64,000 nt of DNA from Thermoproteota archaeon (GTDB lineage: Archaea > Thermoproteota > Thermoprotei > Thermofilales > B9-G17). A program made the position numbers and the translations under genes. Location: assembly GCA_029258885.1 (NCBI GenBank), contig JAPDJW010000010.1, positions 1 through 64,000 on the forward strand, read 5' to 3'. Of this stretch, positions 11,139 through 20,774 are shown piece by piece; within the stretch, counting starts at the first letter, position 1, and every line of letters begins with the position of its first letter. The notes under the pieces are model-generated. The model was not told the DNA's origin and did no database searches. It saw only the letters and a list, made by a program, of their open reading frames with translations.

Positions 11139-11143
11139 TGTAG

Positions 11144-11656
11144 ATGAGGAGGCTTCTTCTTATACTCCTGGCTTTCTTATCACTAATTTCAATTGCAGCG
11201 GTAATGGCTGGGACTGTAAGTGTAACTGCTACCACCGATAGAAAGATCTACTATAGGGGCGAAACTGTCTTCATAACTGCGTGCGTATACGAGGACGGGA
11301 ACCCCGTATCGGGGGCAACAGTAGCGGTTGAGGTCAGGGACCCAGGCAATAACGTAGTCTATACCTTCTCTAAGACAACTGGCGCTGATGGCTGTGCCAC
11401 GTTCTGGTTTACGCTAGATAAGAACGCTAAGCCAGGTATCTACAAGCTATATGCGACAACAGACTACGGCGGGGGTGCATCAACAGAAGAGCCCTCAATG
11501 TTTGTAGTCAATCCAACACCCGTAGGCGGTGAAGCACTACCAGTGGATAAGCTAGCACTCATACTGAATACAGTCTATACATACAGCGACATAATAGTGC
11601 TAGCTGCATTAATAGCTATAGTTTCAATAGCTGTAGCCAGAAAAATCGAGAAGTAA
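11144..11656 (+). CDS. Surface protein with MG2-like domain and C-terminal PVGG-TM-basic tail
   Basis: Signal peptide; TDRKIYYRGETV...VRDPGNNVV...TGADG...GIYKL; C-terminus PTPVGGEALPVDKL, then a TM helix and RKIEK. Confidence 0.7.
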   Translation: MRRLLLILLAFLSLISIAAVMAGTVSVTATTDRKIYYRGETVFITACVYEDGNPVSGATVAVEVRDPGNNVVYTFSKTTGADGCATFWFTLDKNAKPGIYKLYATTDYGGGASTEEPSMFVVNPTPVGGEALPVDKLALILNTVYTYSDIIVLAALIAIVSIAVARKIEK

Positions 11657-11786
11657 TTTTTCCCAGATACCTACTTTTCTTTATTTAATTAAGCTACCAA
11701 CAAATTAAAGAACAGGAATCCCCCTTTAAGGTATGCATGAGTAAGCTTTAAATATGTTCTATACTTCATTTACGTCAAGTGGTAAC

Positions 11787-13337
11787 ATGAAAAGCAAGAT
11801 TATAGTCCTTACTCTAATTGTGTTGCTGCTATCGCTATTCGCTCCAAGCTTTAAGGGTAATCCACTTTCTGTAAAGACTAATAAACAATACTATAAGCCT
11901 GGCGAGCTAGTGATAGTTTCGATTAAAGGAAAGCCGAATACTTCTTACGGAATTGATATAAAAGATCCTAATGACCGGATTATGTTTGCATATAGTGTAG
12001 TGACCGACAGTAACGGTGAGGGGAGCTGTAAGTATAGGCTTGATCATCAAGCCTGTATAGGTCAATGGACCGTGACCGTTGCTGGAGGAAAAGAATATGC
12101 TCAAACAACATTCAGAGTAAAGAAAGGTAGTAGTATAACTATTACCTTGAGTTCGAATACTATAGCGCTGGGTGAAACGGTAACTATTAGTGGTAAAATT
12201 ACGCCAAGTGTCTCTACAACGGTAACTATTGAGTATAGGGAGAAGGGCGGGTCATGGTTTATTTTGAAAACTGTAACAGCAACCAATGGACGCTACTCAT
12301 ACAAGTGGAAGCCTGATAAGGGAGGTGAGTACGAGCTTAGGGCATCTTGGCCCGGCAACGATGAGTGTTTTGGAGCGGTAAGCTCCATTGTAACGCTGAT
12401 AGTCTCAACTAAGAGAAGGTCCTCGATATCTATTCAGCTTTCAGAGGAGCAGATAGATTTAGGCGAAAACATAACTATTACAGGCTCGCTAAACCCAGCT
12501 TTAGCTGGCGTTACGATAACTATAAACTACATAAAGCCAAATGGAGATGTGGTAACGAGAACAGTAGTTACCGATTCTAATGGTAAGTTCAAGGACGTGT
12601 TTACGCCAGATGTTTCCGGTATATGGAAGGTTTATGCTTCATGGGAGGGTAATGCAGACTATATGGGGGCTAAAAGCAGTAAATTAACATTTAAGGTGAG
12701 GGGAGTACTTGAAATAGAGATACTTGTAAATCCGACTGTGACGAGAGTAAATTCAACGGTCTTCATATATGGTGAAGTTACTCCGGTAATTGAGGGATTA
12801 CCTGCATACTTTGAAATAAGCACTGATGGAGTCTCATGGGATACGTTAGGCTTTACATACGTTAATAGGAATGGCAGCGTCTCTATGCTCTGGACCCCAA
12901 GCTTGGAGGGGAGCTACTATATTAGAATTAGAATACCTGCAACAGCTAACTTCACCGAAGCTATCTCAAGTGTTGTCATGGTTAACGTAAGGAAGCAGAT
13001 AAAAAGCGTAGAGGAATACGAGGAGGAGTTAAACAAGACAAAGGCCATGCTATCTAAGATGGAGGAGCAGTTAAACGAGTATATGAGTAAGCTTTCGAAC
13101 CTCAACATGACGGTAGCTCAACTTCAGGAGTTGTTAGGAAATGTAACTAAGGCACTTAATGAAGCTAAGGCGTCCTTAACAGAAACGCAGGAGAAGTTGA
13201 TGAATGCAGAGGAGCGTATTCGTAGCTTAACATCTATGCAGTACCTGTGGCTGTTGATAGGCCTAATAATAGGATTAATAATAGGTATAATTATATCAAG
13301 GTTTATGTCGAAAAAGCGCTATCTAGGGAGAAAATGA
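11787..13337 (+). CDS. Surface protein: MG2-like domain, about three Ig-like domains, coiled-coil stalk, C-terminal TM anchor
   Basis: Likely start MKSKIIV at 11787. TNKQYYKPGELV; repeated G..ITI.G...P and Y.L.ASW.G units; heptad stretch EELNKTKAMLSKMEEQL; TM WLLIGLIIGLIIGIII followed by KKR. Confidence 0.75.
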   Translation: MKSKIIVLTLIVLLLSLFAPSFKGNPLSVKTNKQYYKPGELVIVSIKGKPNTSYGIDIKDPNDRIMFAYSVVTDSNGEGSCKYRLDHQACIGQWTVTVAGGKEYAQTTFRVKKGSSITITLSSNTIALGETVTISGKITPSVSTTVTIEYREKGGSWFILKTVTATNGRYSYKWKPDKGGEYELRASWPGNDECFGAVSSIVTLIVSTKRRSSISIQLSEEQIDLGENITITGSLNPALAGVTITINYIKPNGDVVTRTVVTDSNGKFKDVFTPDVSGIWKVYASWEGNADYMGAKSSKLTFKVRGVLEIEILVNPTVTRVNSTVFIYGEVTPVIEGLPAYFEISTDGVSWDTLGFTYVNRNGSVSMLWTPSLEGSYYIRIRIPATANFTEAISSVVMVNVRKQIKSVEEYEEELNKTKAMLSKMEEQLNEYMSKLSNLNMTVAQLQELLGNVTKALNEAKASLTETQEKLMNAEERIRSLTSMQYLWLLIGLIIGLIIGIIISRFMSKKRYLGRK

Positions 13338-13732
13338 GTAGAATTTTAGTAAACCTAATAGCTATAATCGCCGTAACGACAGTATTTACGTTCCTATTAA
13401 ATAGGATTGTTGACTACTACACAGGCCCTAAGTTAGTAATGGAAGTACATTTTAACGAGGAATACTATAAGCCAGGTGATCTAATAATAATAGACGTTTA
13501 CGTTTATAGCAAGGAATTCCTGTGGGGGAGAACGCCGCTGAGGGGAGCTGTAGTAGCTATTCAGATAGTGGATCCAAGAGGTAATACAGTTTTCGTTTTC
13601 CGCAATATTACCGATAGCCTAGGTAGGACGGAATTTAAGGTTAGGGCCGATAAACACTGGGTTAGTGGTGAATACACGGTATACATAGTTACTCCCGGAT
13701 ACATGACTATTAAGAAGTTTAAGGTGGAATAA
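13334..13732 (+). CDS. Membrane-anchored MG2-like domain protein
   Basis: ATG at 13334 overlaps the upstream TGA (ATGA coupling). N-terminal TM; YYKPGDLI...VDPRGNTV...TDSLG...GEYTV. Confidence 0.7.
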   Translation: MSRILVNLIAIIAVTTVFTFLLNRIVDYYTGPKLVMEVHFNEEYYKPGDLIIIDVYVYSKEFLWGRTPLRGAVVAIQIVDPRGNTVFVFRNITDSLGRTEFKVRADKHWVSGEYTVYIVTPGYMTIKKFKVE

Positions 13733-14076
13733 TGCCACGCTATATAATAAATATTAGAGATATTATGTTGATTATCGGCGGTATCCTAAACATTATAGTC
13801 GGTATTTTTTATGGAACAGCGGTTACCTCAATTTTAGAGGGTATATCTGCTGGAAGCTGTTTCAACGGAGCATACCTATTTAAAAGTGATATGAGGAAGT
13901 ATGGTATTATCGCCTTAATAGCCTCGATCATTATTTCAATAGCAATTATTCCAAACGTACTTACCGAATTCGAGGGCTTGGCAATGGAATTGGTTTCAAT
14001 AATATTAAAATCCCTTGCAGTAATTCCTGGAGAAATTAAAATAATAGAAGTTGAGGTAATTACAGAGGAAGAGTAA
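13732..14076 (+). CDS. Small polytopic membrane protein, hypothetical
   Basis: 114 aa, 3-4 hydrophobic segments; translationally coupled (TAATG) to the upstream gene. Confidence 0.55.
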   Translation: MPRYIINIRDIMLIIGGILNIIVGIFYGTAVTSILEGISAGSCFNGAYLFKSDMRKYGIIALIASIIISIAIIPNVLTEFEGLAMELVSIILKSLAVIPGEIKIIEVEVITEEE

Positions 14077-14225
14077 TTATATATCAGATATCCGCTTAAC
14101 CATCACGTACGATAGAACAATATAAGCTAAAAATCGATTGTAATTGTTCGAAAATTATCACGTTTAAAATAGTAATATTTAAATAAGTTCCACGCAATTT
14201 ATATTGAACAAAAGAGGATGAGCTA

Positions 14226-15449
14226 ATGAAGGCCGTCATACTCGCTGCTGGCAAGGGTTCTAGGCTTAATCCTCTAACAAAAACCAGACCCAAACATATT
14301 CTGCCTGTTGCGGGGAAGCCTGTTATCGTTCATGTTGTCGAGAATTTAAGTAAATTAGGTATTAGGGACATAGGTATCGTTGTTCATCACTATAGGGAGA
14401 TGATCGAGTCTTTGCTGGGGGATGGAAGCCGATTAAATGTTAATATTACCTATATTTACCAGGAGGTATTAAACGGTACCGCGACTGCAGTTGAAATAGC
14501 TGAGGATTTCGTTAGAGGGGATGATTTTATACTAGTTTACGGCGACGTCCTGTTCGAACCACGCATCGTTGAGAATGCATTAAAGGTATTTAGAAGTGGT
14601 GTTGATGGAGTTGTAATAGGAGTTGAAGTGGATAACCCATGGGAGTTCGGAGTCTTCATAGTGCAGGATGGATGTCTGAAGGGGGTTATTGAGAAGCCGC
14701 CTAAGGGCACGGAACCATCTAATTTGATAAATTCAGGCATATATGTGCTTAAGCCTACAGTTTTTGATTATGTTAAGAGGGTAGGTTTTTCTGAGCGTAA
14801 GGAGCGTGAATTTACTGATGCAATAATGATGATGTGTAATGATTGCAGGGTAGCTATTGTAAACGGTGGTTCGGGATGGTGGTTTGACGTAGGTAGGCCG
14901 TGGGATTTAATTGATGCTAATAAATACTACATGAATAAGCTTATTAAGCATAATATTAAGGGTAAATTAAATCCAGGGGTAACTATTGAGGGAGAAGTTT
15001 ATATTGATAAGGGTACGGTCGTTAGGAGTGGGGCTGTAATAGTTGGTCCAGCATACATAGGTAAAAACTGTACTATTGGTTATAGCGTTGTTATAGGTCC
15101 ATATACCTATATAGGAGATAATGTTACTATAGGACCCTTAAGTTACATAGAGAATTCAATAATACTGGGTAATGCTACTATCTCAAGCCATTGTGCTATT
15201 TTCGAGAGCATAATCGGTGAATATTGTTATCTTGAAAGTGGAGTAAAGATACCATGCTACAGTTTAAGCGGTGAGAACATTAAGGTTCTTATTAAGAATA
15301 AAAAAGTTGATTCGGGTAGAAAGAAGCTTGGAGCAATTATCGGTGATGAGGTTAAAATTGGTGCAAACGTTTCATTTGCGCCTGGAATTACAGTGAAATC
15401 TAAAAGTATTATTAAGGCTGGAAGTAGAGTTGATAAAGACATACTATAG
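14226..15449 (+). CDS. Bifunctional sugar-1-phosphate nucleotidylyltransferase/acetyltransferase (archaeal GlmU-like)
   Basis: LAAGKGSRL..LT..RPK, YGD, EKP, DVGRPWD, hexapeptide LbH repeats, GRKKLGAIIGD. Confidence 0.9.
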   Translation: MKAVILAAGKGSRLNPLTKTRPKHILPVAGKPVIVHVVENLSKLGIRDIGIVVHHYREMIESLLGDGSRLNVNITYIYQEVLNGTATAVEIAEDFVRGDDFILVYGDVLFEPRIVENALKVFRSGVDGVVIGVEVDNPWEFGVFIVQDGCLKGVIEKPPKGTEPSNLINSGIYVLKPTVFDYVKRVGFSERKEREFTDAIMMMCNDCRVAIVNGGSGWWFDVGRPWDLIDANKYYMNKLIKHNIKGKLNPGVTIEGEVYIDKGTVVRSGAVIVGPAYIGKNCTIGYSVVIGPYTYIGDNVTIGPLSYIENSIILGNATISSHCAIFESIIGEYCYLESGVKIPCYSLSGENIKVLIKNKKVDSGRKKLGAIIGDEVKIGANVSFAPGITVKSKSIIKAGSRVDKDIL

Positions 15450-15543
15450 TTACTAAACTTTGATAATATTTTGATGCTTTCTCTAATAATTAGTAAAGTT
15501 TATATAGATTACGCATTTTTATTCTACCCTGGAGGGTTGATGT

Positions 15544-15846
15544 ATGCATAAAGATCAAGCAGTAGGGGGATTATTGCTAATAGGGTCCATAGTAGTATCC
15601 CTACTCTACATATACGGCGTCTTCTTCACAGACTATGCATTGCTTCTACTGAAACTAACAGCTTCAGTAGCTGTGCTTGGGGTACTATTCATTTTAGCAT
15701 GGATCGGATATACTTTAGCTACAACTCCTCCTCCACCGCCTATCGAGGAAATCGAGAAAGAGCTTGAGGAAGAGTTAAAGAAGCTTGAGGAGGAAGGCGA
15801 AGAGGAGACGAAGGCTAAGAAAGAGGAGGAAGGGAAGAAGGAGTAG
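15544..15846 (+). CDS. Small conserved-type archaeal membrane protein (2 TM, Pro stretch, acidic/coiled C-terminus)
   Basis: Two TM helices, then TTPPPPPIEEIEKELEEELKK; upstream GGAGGG SD. Confidence 0.7.
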   Translation: MHKDQAVGGLLLIGSIVVSLLYIYGVFFTDYALLLLKLTASVAVLGVLFILAWIGYTLATTPPPPPIEEIEKELEEELKKLEEEGEEETKAKKEEEGKKE

Positions 15847-15862
15847 AGTAATTGATGGTTGA

Positions 15863-15937
15863 ATGCTAAAAATTGATTTACATGTCCATAGCGAATATAG
15901 CGATGGAGATTCTATCGATAAAATTCTACGCTCTTGA
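15863..15937 (+). pseudogene. 5' stub of a PHP-domain phosphoesterase
   Basis: My translation: MLKIDLHVHSEYSDGDSIDKILRS*. DLHxHSxxSDG is the PHP N-terminal metal motif; the ORF stops after 24 codons. Confidence 0.7.
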
Positions 15938-16056
15938 TTCTCTGTCGCATGGTTCTTTTAACTTCTACTTTCACGTCTTCTACACAAGCTATGTAACAGA
16001 GAAATAAGAGCGTTCTTTGAATAGGAGTGAGTACTCTATGAAGGAGGGAGTAATAT

Positions 16057-16383
16057 TTGAGTATAATAGTAAAAGATTATCGTGGTATTGGGATAGTTAT
16101 TCTTCAAACTCTCTACCTTCATGTAAAGGAAAGGCATAGAGATCTCTTAAGGAAATTAAATATACAGAACATGAACCAATTCATCGATATTGTTAGGAGA
16201 GTTCCTACAAACCCTAGTGAGGTCTATATTAATGATGAAGGTTCTGTTTATTACCTATTGAGAATTAATGATCTTTACTTGAATGTAATTGTTGTTGAAG
16301 ATATTGTTAGAATAGTATATTTATTAAGTATGGATAGCTATCATAGAATGAGGCGTAGAAGATGGCGTATCAAGATTTATTAA
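16057..16383 (+). CDS. Putative BECR/RelE-like nuclease toxin (possibly decaying)
   Basis: 108 aa with H...RH, NPSEVY, YY...LNVIVV..VR.VY pattern; lies upstream of a DUF2283-like gene. Confidence 0.5.
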   Translation: MSIIVKDYRGIGIVILQTLYLHVKERHRDLLRKLNIQNMNQFIDIVRRVPTNPSEVYINDEGSVYYLLRINDLYLNVIVVEDIVRIVYLLSMDSYHRMRRRRWRIKIY

Positions 16384-16641
16384 GTATTGATCTTAGGAGG
16401 ATCGTTAAGAGCATAATTAACTATGTATCTAGAGAAATGCCAAACCTAACAATGTGAGAGAGTATTAGAGGTGTCGTTAGAGCCTGACCTTGACTTACTG
16501 TACGTTAGATTTAATGAGGGGAGAGACTATGCTTATGGAGAATACATAGGTAATTACATTCATGCATTCATTCGGGATAATAGAGTAGTTGCTATTGAAA
16601 TAACTCCCTTCTCAAAATTTATTAAGGAGTTTAAAATCTAA
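16362..16641 (+). pseudogene. Frameshifted DUF2283-like antitoxin
   Basis: Frame 1: MAYQDLLSIDLRRIVKSIINYVSREMPNLTM* (16362..16457). A shifted frame continues ERVLEVSLEPDLDLLYVRF...VVAIEITPFSKFIKEFKI* (to 16641). DLLYVRF/VVAIEI match the DUF2283 pattern. Confidence 0.65.
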
Positions 16642-17005
16642 ACCTCCTCCACAACATCTTGATAGATGTTTATACAACACTCTAAGGCTTCTAAGATATA
16701 ACCATAAACCACTCCTAACAACCCTTGTTAGACTTGGTGAAGACATTAAACGAACCCTCCACAATACGTCGACTTCAATATTTTAACCTAATGAGTCGAA
16801 CAGTATACTCTTTCACAACGAGTAGATTGTTTTCTACAGGGATCATGCACACTATGCGGAAAACGTTGGCGCCTGTTTTTCACTAATTAATGCTTCCTCA
16901 AGCGTAGACGACATTCTCAGAAGCATTGGGGGGCACCAGCTGGTAGCTCAATTAAATTTATGGGTAAAATTAAGTTAATTATGAAGGTTTTAAAGAAATA
17001 GCAGG

Positions 17006-18325
17006 TTATCTTCGTTTAAGCCTCATCAGCTTTCTCTGTAGGTTTGAAAGTGTTTCAAGCGAGAATATCCTGGCGGTTATGACTATTATTAGGAATGATA
17101 TAGCTATGGATGTAGCTAAATATATCGGTGTCTCTAGTGGTAGGCTGCTTACTACTGCCTGCTTTATCATTATTATGGGCTGAGTTAGGGGTAGCGCATA
17201 GAATATTGTCCTTGTTAGGTAGTCAAACTTACTTATATCCATGAAGGCTATAAAGTATCCTGGAACAAAAATGCCCATCGATAGAGGTCCAGTGATTGTC
17301 CCAGCTATCCTAACGTCGCTACTTAACGCTCCAATCACTAATCCTAGAGTTGCCGTAAAGAATATCGTCGCAATCATGCTCACCAGAATGTATACTAAGT
17401 CTATTGTTGATATGAGGACGTTCATGCTCACCATCCCCATCTGTGTTCCAGGCGATGACATAATTTGCATATATGCGATAAAGCCAGCTACGTTTAACGC
17501 AGAGCCTATAACAGATACCGCGAACGATCCCAATAGCTTAGCTAAAAGTATCTGTGTCCTAGATATCGGGAACGTCAATAGCGTCTCAAGCGTCTTCTCC
17601 TCGTTTTCAACAGCCATTGATGTAGCTGACATCTGCATAACCGATACCGTAACTATCATAAGTATTATCGGTATGAAAAAGGATGCAAAACCGAGTGACG
17701 TAAGCACGGCACTTGGTTCACCGAATATTACTATGTTTTTGCTAGCGATATAGCTTGAAGAATAGCTTAAGCTTGGGTTAGTAACTAGGCTTAACGTAAT
17801 GTTAGTACCCTCCAGATATCTTTCGCCAAGATATCTATCGATTAGCCCAGTAATCCTATAGCTCTTAAATCCACCGAAGAAGGATATCTCCCTAACGATC
17901 ATAACTATACCTAGAGTAACCTTCTCCTTCTTCGCAACTTTTTCGCTGAAGTCGGGCGGTATAACTAGAACCATCCCGATATTTTCCAGTCCATTCTCCT
18001 CAACAGCTTCTATAATCCTTCTAACGAATGATTCCTCAATAGGCTTAAACTCCAGGTTCGGTATGCTCAACTCGTGGATAACAATTTTAAATTGATCCTT
18101 GTTCTCGTTAAAGTATTCAAGCATCCTATATGCTTCGTCCCCCTCGTCAAGAACCACTACTCCTACGTGTACGTACTCGCGCATAGCCTCCTCAACGGCT
18201 TGCTTCATTGGAATCGATATGACTAAGCCCATAATAGGCAGTATGATGGCTGAAATTATGAATGGTATCCATATCCTAGGATCCCTCATTAAATCCTTAA
18301 ACTCCTTAACTATAAGCGCCTTCAC
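17006..18325 (-). CDS. ABC-2 type transporter permease (NatB-like)
   Basis: KEFKDLMRD, large extracellular loop, ENEEKTLETLLTFPISR..ILLAK. Confidence 0.9.
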   Translation of the reverse strand: MKALIVKEFKDLMRDPRIWIPFIISAIILPIMGLVISIPMKQAVEEAMREYVHVGVVVLDEGDEAYRMLEYFNENKDQFKIVIHELSIPNLEFKPIEESFVRRIIEAVEENGLENIGMVLVIPPDFSEKVAKKEKVTLGIVMIVREISFFGGFKSYRITGLIDRYLGERYLEGTNITLSLVTNPSLSYSSSYIASKNIVIFGEPSAVLTSLGFASFFIPIILMIVTVSVMQMSATSMAVENEEKTLETLLTFPISRTQILLAKLLGSFAVSVIGSALNVAGFIAYMQIMSSPGTQMGMVSMNVLISTIDLVYILVSMIATIFFTATLGLVIGALSSDVRIAGTITGPLSMGIFVPGYFIAFMDISKFDYLTRTIFYALPLTQPIIMIKQAVVSSLPLETPIYLATSIAISFLIIVITARIFSLETLSNLQRKLMRLKRR

Positions 18326-19062
18326 TCCTCCTCACCCCTCACAAGCATAACGAATAACTCCTCAAGATTCTTAGCACCGTGCTCTTGAAGAAGGTCAGAA
18401 ACATATCCTTCAGCAATAATCCTACCCTTATCGATTAACGCAACCCTATCGCATACCCCTTCAACCTCAAGCATATTATGACTGGACATCAGTATGGTCG
18501 TGCCGTATTCCCTGGAGAAGTTCTTAATAGTCTCCCTAACCTCTCTAGCGAAAATAACGTCCAATCCAACTGTCGGTTCATCGAGAACTGCAAGCTTAGG
18601 CTTAATCATTAAAGCCCTAGCAACCTGAACCCTCCTCTTCATACCCTTACTATAAGTCTTCATCTTATCGTGTATCTTATCGCCGAGGTCGGCAAGCTTT
18701 ATACCAAGCTCTAAAGCCTCCTCAAACCTGCTCTTATCATTCGGGAAATATATCTCCGCAACCATCTTCAGAAACTCGTACCCGGTTATATTCCTATAAG
18801 TCCCTGCATCCTCCGGCAGATAGGCGATCTTCTTCCTAAGATCAATATCAACTGTTTCAACATCCCTCCCAAGCACCTTAACCAGGCCGGAAGTTGGTGC
18901 AATTAAACCTACAATAATTCTGAAGGTGGTGGTCTTCCCTGCACCGTTAGGTCCAATTAAGCCGTATATCTCGCCTTCATCAACGTTAAACGATATACCC
19001 TTTAAAGCCTGAAACTTACCAAAATACTTAACCAAGTTAGCAACTTCAACAGCGTAGCTCAT
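18322..19062 (-). CDS. ABC transporter ATP-binding protein
   Basis: Walker A GPNGAGKTT, signature YSKGMK, LDEPT; likely start MSYAVEV at 19062 behind a GAGGTGA SD. Confidence 0.93.
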   Translation of the reverse strand: MSYAVEVANLVKYFGKFQALKGISFNVDEGEIYGLIGPNGAGKTTTFRIIVGLIAPTSGLVKVLGRDVETVDIDLRKKIAYLPEDAGTYRNITGYEFLKMVAEIYFPNDKSRFEEALELGIKLADLGDKIHDKMKTYSKGMKRRVQVARALMIKPKLAVLDEPTVGLDVIFAREVRETIKNFSREYGTTILMSSHNMLEVEGVCDRVALIDKGRIIAEGYVSDLLQEHGAKNLEELFVMLVRGEEE

Positions 19063-19319
19063 CGACTTCACCTCACGATTTATCAAGCCTAAAACGAAAT
19101 TCAGATAATAAAAGATTTCCATAATCAATAAAAACAGACAAGAAGTATACATTAAAGATGGAGGCATTAAATAAACTTCAGATTAAAAACTATAAATCTT
19201 TTCCACAAAATCTCTTATCCCAATTTTAACATCGCCGACTCTAAAGGAATCGATGAAGTCAAACAGCAGTACTTTAAACAAGGTAGCGGGTATAAGTCCA
19301 TGGGAATAGATAGCTTCCG

Positions 19320-19712
19320 GTGTTTACTTTGTCTATAGAAGGAGTAAGGCTATTCAAGACTCGAGCATTAAACGCCTACGAGAGGGCTACCGACGCTCTC
19401 GAGGCAGGAGACTATGACTGGGCAATATTTCTACTCGAACAGGCTTTTCAGCTCTTAATAAGGTATATACTTGCCTTAAAGCTTGGATACTTCCCTAGAG
19501 CATATAGTATCTCAAGGCTATTAGAGGAGGCTGAAGAGGTAAGCAATGAGTTCTCAGATTTCCTGGCTAGGTATAGGAGTCAAATAGCAGTCCTGGAGGA
19601 CGCTTACATAGCCTCAAGGTATTATCCTAGAAGGTATAGGGAGGAGGATGTGAGGGATAAGCTGGAGATATTTAAGGAATTGCTTGAGTTGGTTGAGAGG
19701 CATGAGGAATAG
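19320..19712 (+). CDS. HEPN domain protein (COG2250 type)
   Basis: A...L..GDYDWA.F..EQA.QL, YIASRY. Confidence 0.85.
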   Translation: MFTLSIEGVRLFKTRALNAYERATDALEAGDYDWAIFLLEQAFQLLIRYILALKLGYFPRAYSISRLLEEAEEVSNEFSDFLARYRSQIAVLEDAYIASRYYPRRYREEDVRDKLEIFKELLELVERHEE

Positions 19713-20067
19713 GTTTAGAGCAGCAAAGCTGGCTAAGAAGGCATATATGAGGAGGAAGAAGTACTTTGATAACTGGAGGTATTATGCTAAAGTTATTAAG
19801 GATCTTGCTATTAAGGAGCTTGGCGAAGTAAAGGTTATAGTCTTTGGAAGCGTAGTTAAGGGGGATTATCATCCAGCACTATCGGATATAGACGTCCTTA
19901 TAGTGTCGCCGAATATGCCTGAAAGCAACCTTGAGAGGGCTAAAATAAAGGTAAGGATACTTGATAGGATAGGAAAATGGAATCCATTCGAAATACATCT
20001 TGTAAACCCTAAAGAATATGAATGGTATAGAAAATTCATACTACTGGATAAGTACGTTGAGGTCTAG
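19702..20067 (+). CDS. Minimal nucleotidyltransferase (MNT)
   Basis: VFGSVVKGDYHPALSDIDVL and FEIHLV; overlaps the HEPN gene end. Confidence 0.88.
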   Translation: MRNRFRAAKLAKKAYMRRKKYFDNWRYYAKVIKDLAIKELGEVKVIVFGSVVKGDYHPALSDIDVLIVSPNMPESNLERAKIKVRILDRIGKWNPFEIHLVNPKEYEWYRKFILLDKYVEV

Positions 20068-20666
20068 CCTTCCAGGAGCTTTAAATATTTCTTAAGTATC
20101 CTAACCTCTCTACCGCATTTACTACATTTAAAGACTACTGCCTCGGAATCCTCGCCTACCTTCTCCCTCAATCTTCTACCACAGTAACATACGAACCCCC
20201 TTAATTTAGCCGGATTACCATACACGAGTCCATGTGGAGGAACATCCTTAGTAACCACGGCTCCAGCGCCAACCATAGCATACTCTCCTATGGTCACCCC
20301 ACATACTATGGTGGCATTAGCACCTATACTAGCACCCCTTTTAACCCTTGTCTCGACGAGCTCCCAATCCTCCGCAAATGAGCGTGGATAGAGGTCGTTC
20401 GTAAAGACCGCGTAGGGGCCTATGAAGGCGTCATCCTCTATAGTAACCCCCCTGTATACCGATACACCATTCTGTATCTTAACGTTATTACCGATCCTTA
20501 CCCCAACATCTATGTAGCAGTCCTTACCAATGTTACAGTTCCTGCCTATAACAGCGCCACTACGAACATGGACGAAGTGCCATATACGAGTACCCTCACC
20601 AATTTCAGCGCCATCTTCAACAATAGCTGTAGGATGAACGAAATACTTCTTAGTCAAAACCAGCAC
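20064..20666 (-). CDS. Hexapeptide-repeat sugar N-acetyltransferase (WbpD/WlbB-like) with C-terminal Zn ribbon
   Basis: HPTAIVE..A.IGEGTRIWHF, FTNDLYPRS, LbH repeats, CYCG...CSKCG. Confidence 0.85.
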   Translation of the reverse strand: MLVLTKKYFVHPTAIVEDGAEIGEGTRIWHFVHVRSGAVIGRNCNIGKDCYIDVGVRIGNNVKIQNGVSVYRGVTIEDDAFIGPYAVFTNDLYPRSFAEDWELVETRVKRGASIGANATIVCGVTIGEYAMVGAGAVVTKDVPPHGLVYGNPAKLRGFVCYCGRRLREKVGEDSEAVVFKCSKCGREVRILKKYLKLLEG

Positions 20667-20774
20667 CCAAATAAAAGAACCCTAATCTCTTAAATAACTT
20701 TCCCAGTTCAAGAGAAAATTAGTAAACAAATATTCTAGCGGGCTATCAGTAAAGGAGTATAGCTAGTCCTTAAT

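Noticed and set aside
19180-19318. Minus-strand open stretch TPEAIYSHGLIPATLFKVLLFDFIDSFRVGDVKIGIRDFVEKIYSF*
   Set aside because: No start codon and no recognisable family; could be a gene remnant but unsupported.
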